The notes beneath the pieces were generated by a model that saw only the letters and a list, made by a program, of their open reading frames with translations, did not search any database and was not told the origin of the DNA. The position numbers and the translations under genes are program-made. DNA of 62,547 nucleotides, counting the filler. It is 6 parts of 6 records of this genome, joined end to end, with 100 filler letters (N's around TTAATTAATTAA, not from the genome) between each part and the next. Parts side by side here need not be neighbours in the genome. Positions count along the whole stretch, not along the records: positions 55,306 to 62,547 come from SRR22947725_1475; 5 more parts are not named here. One strand, 5' to 3'. Below are positions 61,942 to 62,547 of the stretch, one piece after another. The stretch's first letter is position 1. Each line of letters opens with the position of its first letter.

Positions 61942-62547
61942 ATGATTGAACAAGGTCTGCAGCAAGAAATAAATATGGTAATGACTGAGGCGAGAAATCG
62001 TCGCCTTGAGTTTGTTACTGTTGAGCATCTTTTATTGGCCCTTCTTAATATGGACGAGGTGATTGCATTCCTAAGAGGAAAAAGAGTAAATATTGATGAG
62101 CTGAGAGCGGAGCTCGAACAGTATATAGATTCTCATACACCTATTATTTCTGAAGATGCAGAAATTGATATTGTTCCAACTGTTGGCTTTCAAAGGGTTT
62201 TACAACGAAGCGTATATCAGGCGCAGTCTGCTCAAAAAAATTCTGTCAATGCTATGAATGTTTTTGTTAGTATTTTTTCTGAGAAAGAATCACATGCTGT
62301 CTATATGCTTAAGTTAAATAATATTTCAAGGCTGGATGTGATGGAGGGTATTTCATCTCAATTAGCTGACACCCCGCCAGAAGAAACTAAAAAAGTTGAA
62401 AGTGAGAAGTCAACAAAACCTTCTTCATTGGAGTCTTTCACTAGCAATTTATGTGAAAAGGCTAGGCTTGGTGAAATAGATCCGTTACTTGGTAGAGAGG
62501 AAGAAGTCCTGAGGACAGTTCAAGTTTTATCAAGGCGAAGAAAAAAT
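61942..62547 (+). CDS. clpA: Clp protease ATP-binding subunit ClpA (3'-truncated)
   Basis: Manual translation MIEQGLQQEINMVMTEARNRRLEFVTVEHLLLALL...PTVGFQRVLQR...IDPLLGREEEVLRTVQVLSRRRKN; absent from the ORF track. Confidence 0.94.
   Translation, partial: MIEQGLQQEINMVMTEARNRRLEFVTVEHLLLALLNMDEVIAFLRGKRVNIDELRAELEQYIDSHTPIISEDAEIDIVPTVGFQRVLQRSVYQAQSAQKNSVNAMNVFVSIFSEKESHAVYMLKLNNISRLDVMEGISSQLADTPPEETKKVESEKSTKPSSLESFTSNLCEKARLGEIDPLLGREEEVLRTVQVLSRRRKN

Noticed and set aside
27949-62547. aat plus clpS/clpA as a linked N-degron system
   Set aside because: They lie on different contigs from different phyla

Overview
This window is not one locus. It joins six unrelated marine bacterial contigs with identical artificial 100-nt spacers (44 N + TTAATTAATTAA + 44 N). 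Taxonomy below is inferred from gene content, protein similarity as I recall it, and promoter style. (1) 1-11496, AT-rich Flavobacteriia: tRNA-Phe, coaX-OMP-TPR-lptC-CBS protein-PPIase, a mevalonate pair (HMG-CoA reductase + GHMP kinase) and a POT transporter. (2) 11597-27080, SAR86-like gammaproteobacterium bounded by tRNA fragments: a Xanthomonas-type arginine operon (argF'-argG-argA/B-argC-argH), MFS, AMP nucleosidase, SDR/LysR/acyl-CoA dehydrogenase and sbcB. (3) 27181-38578, Flavobacteriaceae: truB end, tag, aat, DUF3127, histidine kinase, HIT, greA, a TPP riboswitch with TonB receptor, a PPTase-thiamine-binding protein-PnuC-NadR-like kinase-DUF4301 operon, and ahcY. (4) 38679-49286, low-GC Rhodobacteraceae-like dcw cluster, ftsI to murC. 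(5) 49387-55205, SAR11-like dnaB-alr-MMPL-cvpA-purF. (6) 55306-62547, SUP05/Thioglobus-like wzz, tadA, lysE, methyltransferase, guaA, lptG, clpS, BBOX-like dioxygenase and clpA. Best candidates for something new: (a) a complete leader-peptide transcription attenuator (MNNYLTQERRASAI, tandem Arg codons, mutually exclusive 1:2, 2:3 and 3:4 hairpins) in front of the arginine operon; (b) a PnuC + kinase + DUF4301 operon in which DUF4301 carries UDP-sugar-pyrophosphorylase motifs, suggesting an undescribed import-phosphorylate-nucleotidylate salvage route; (c) a candidate ~75-nt sRNA with an anti-Shine-Dalgarno loop; (d) a terminator-like element in the greA leader. I saw no CRISPR arrays, integrases or transposases.
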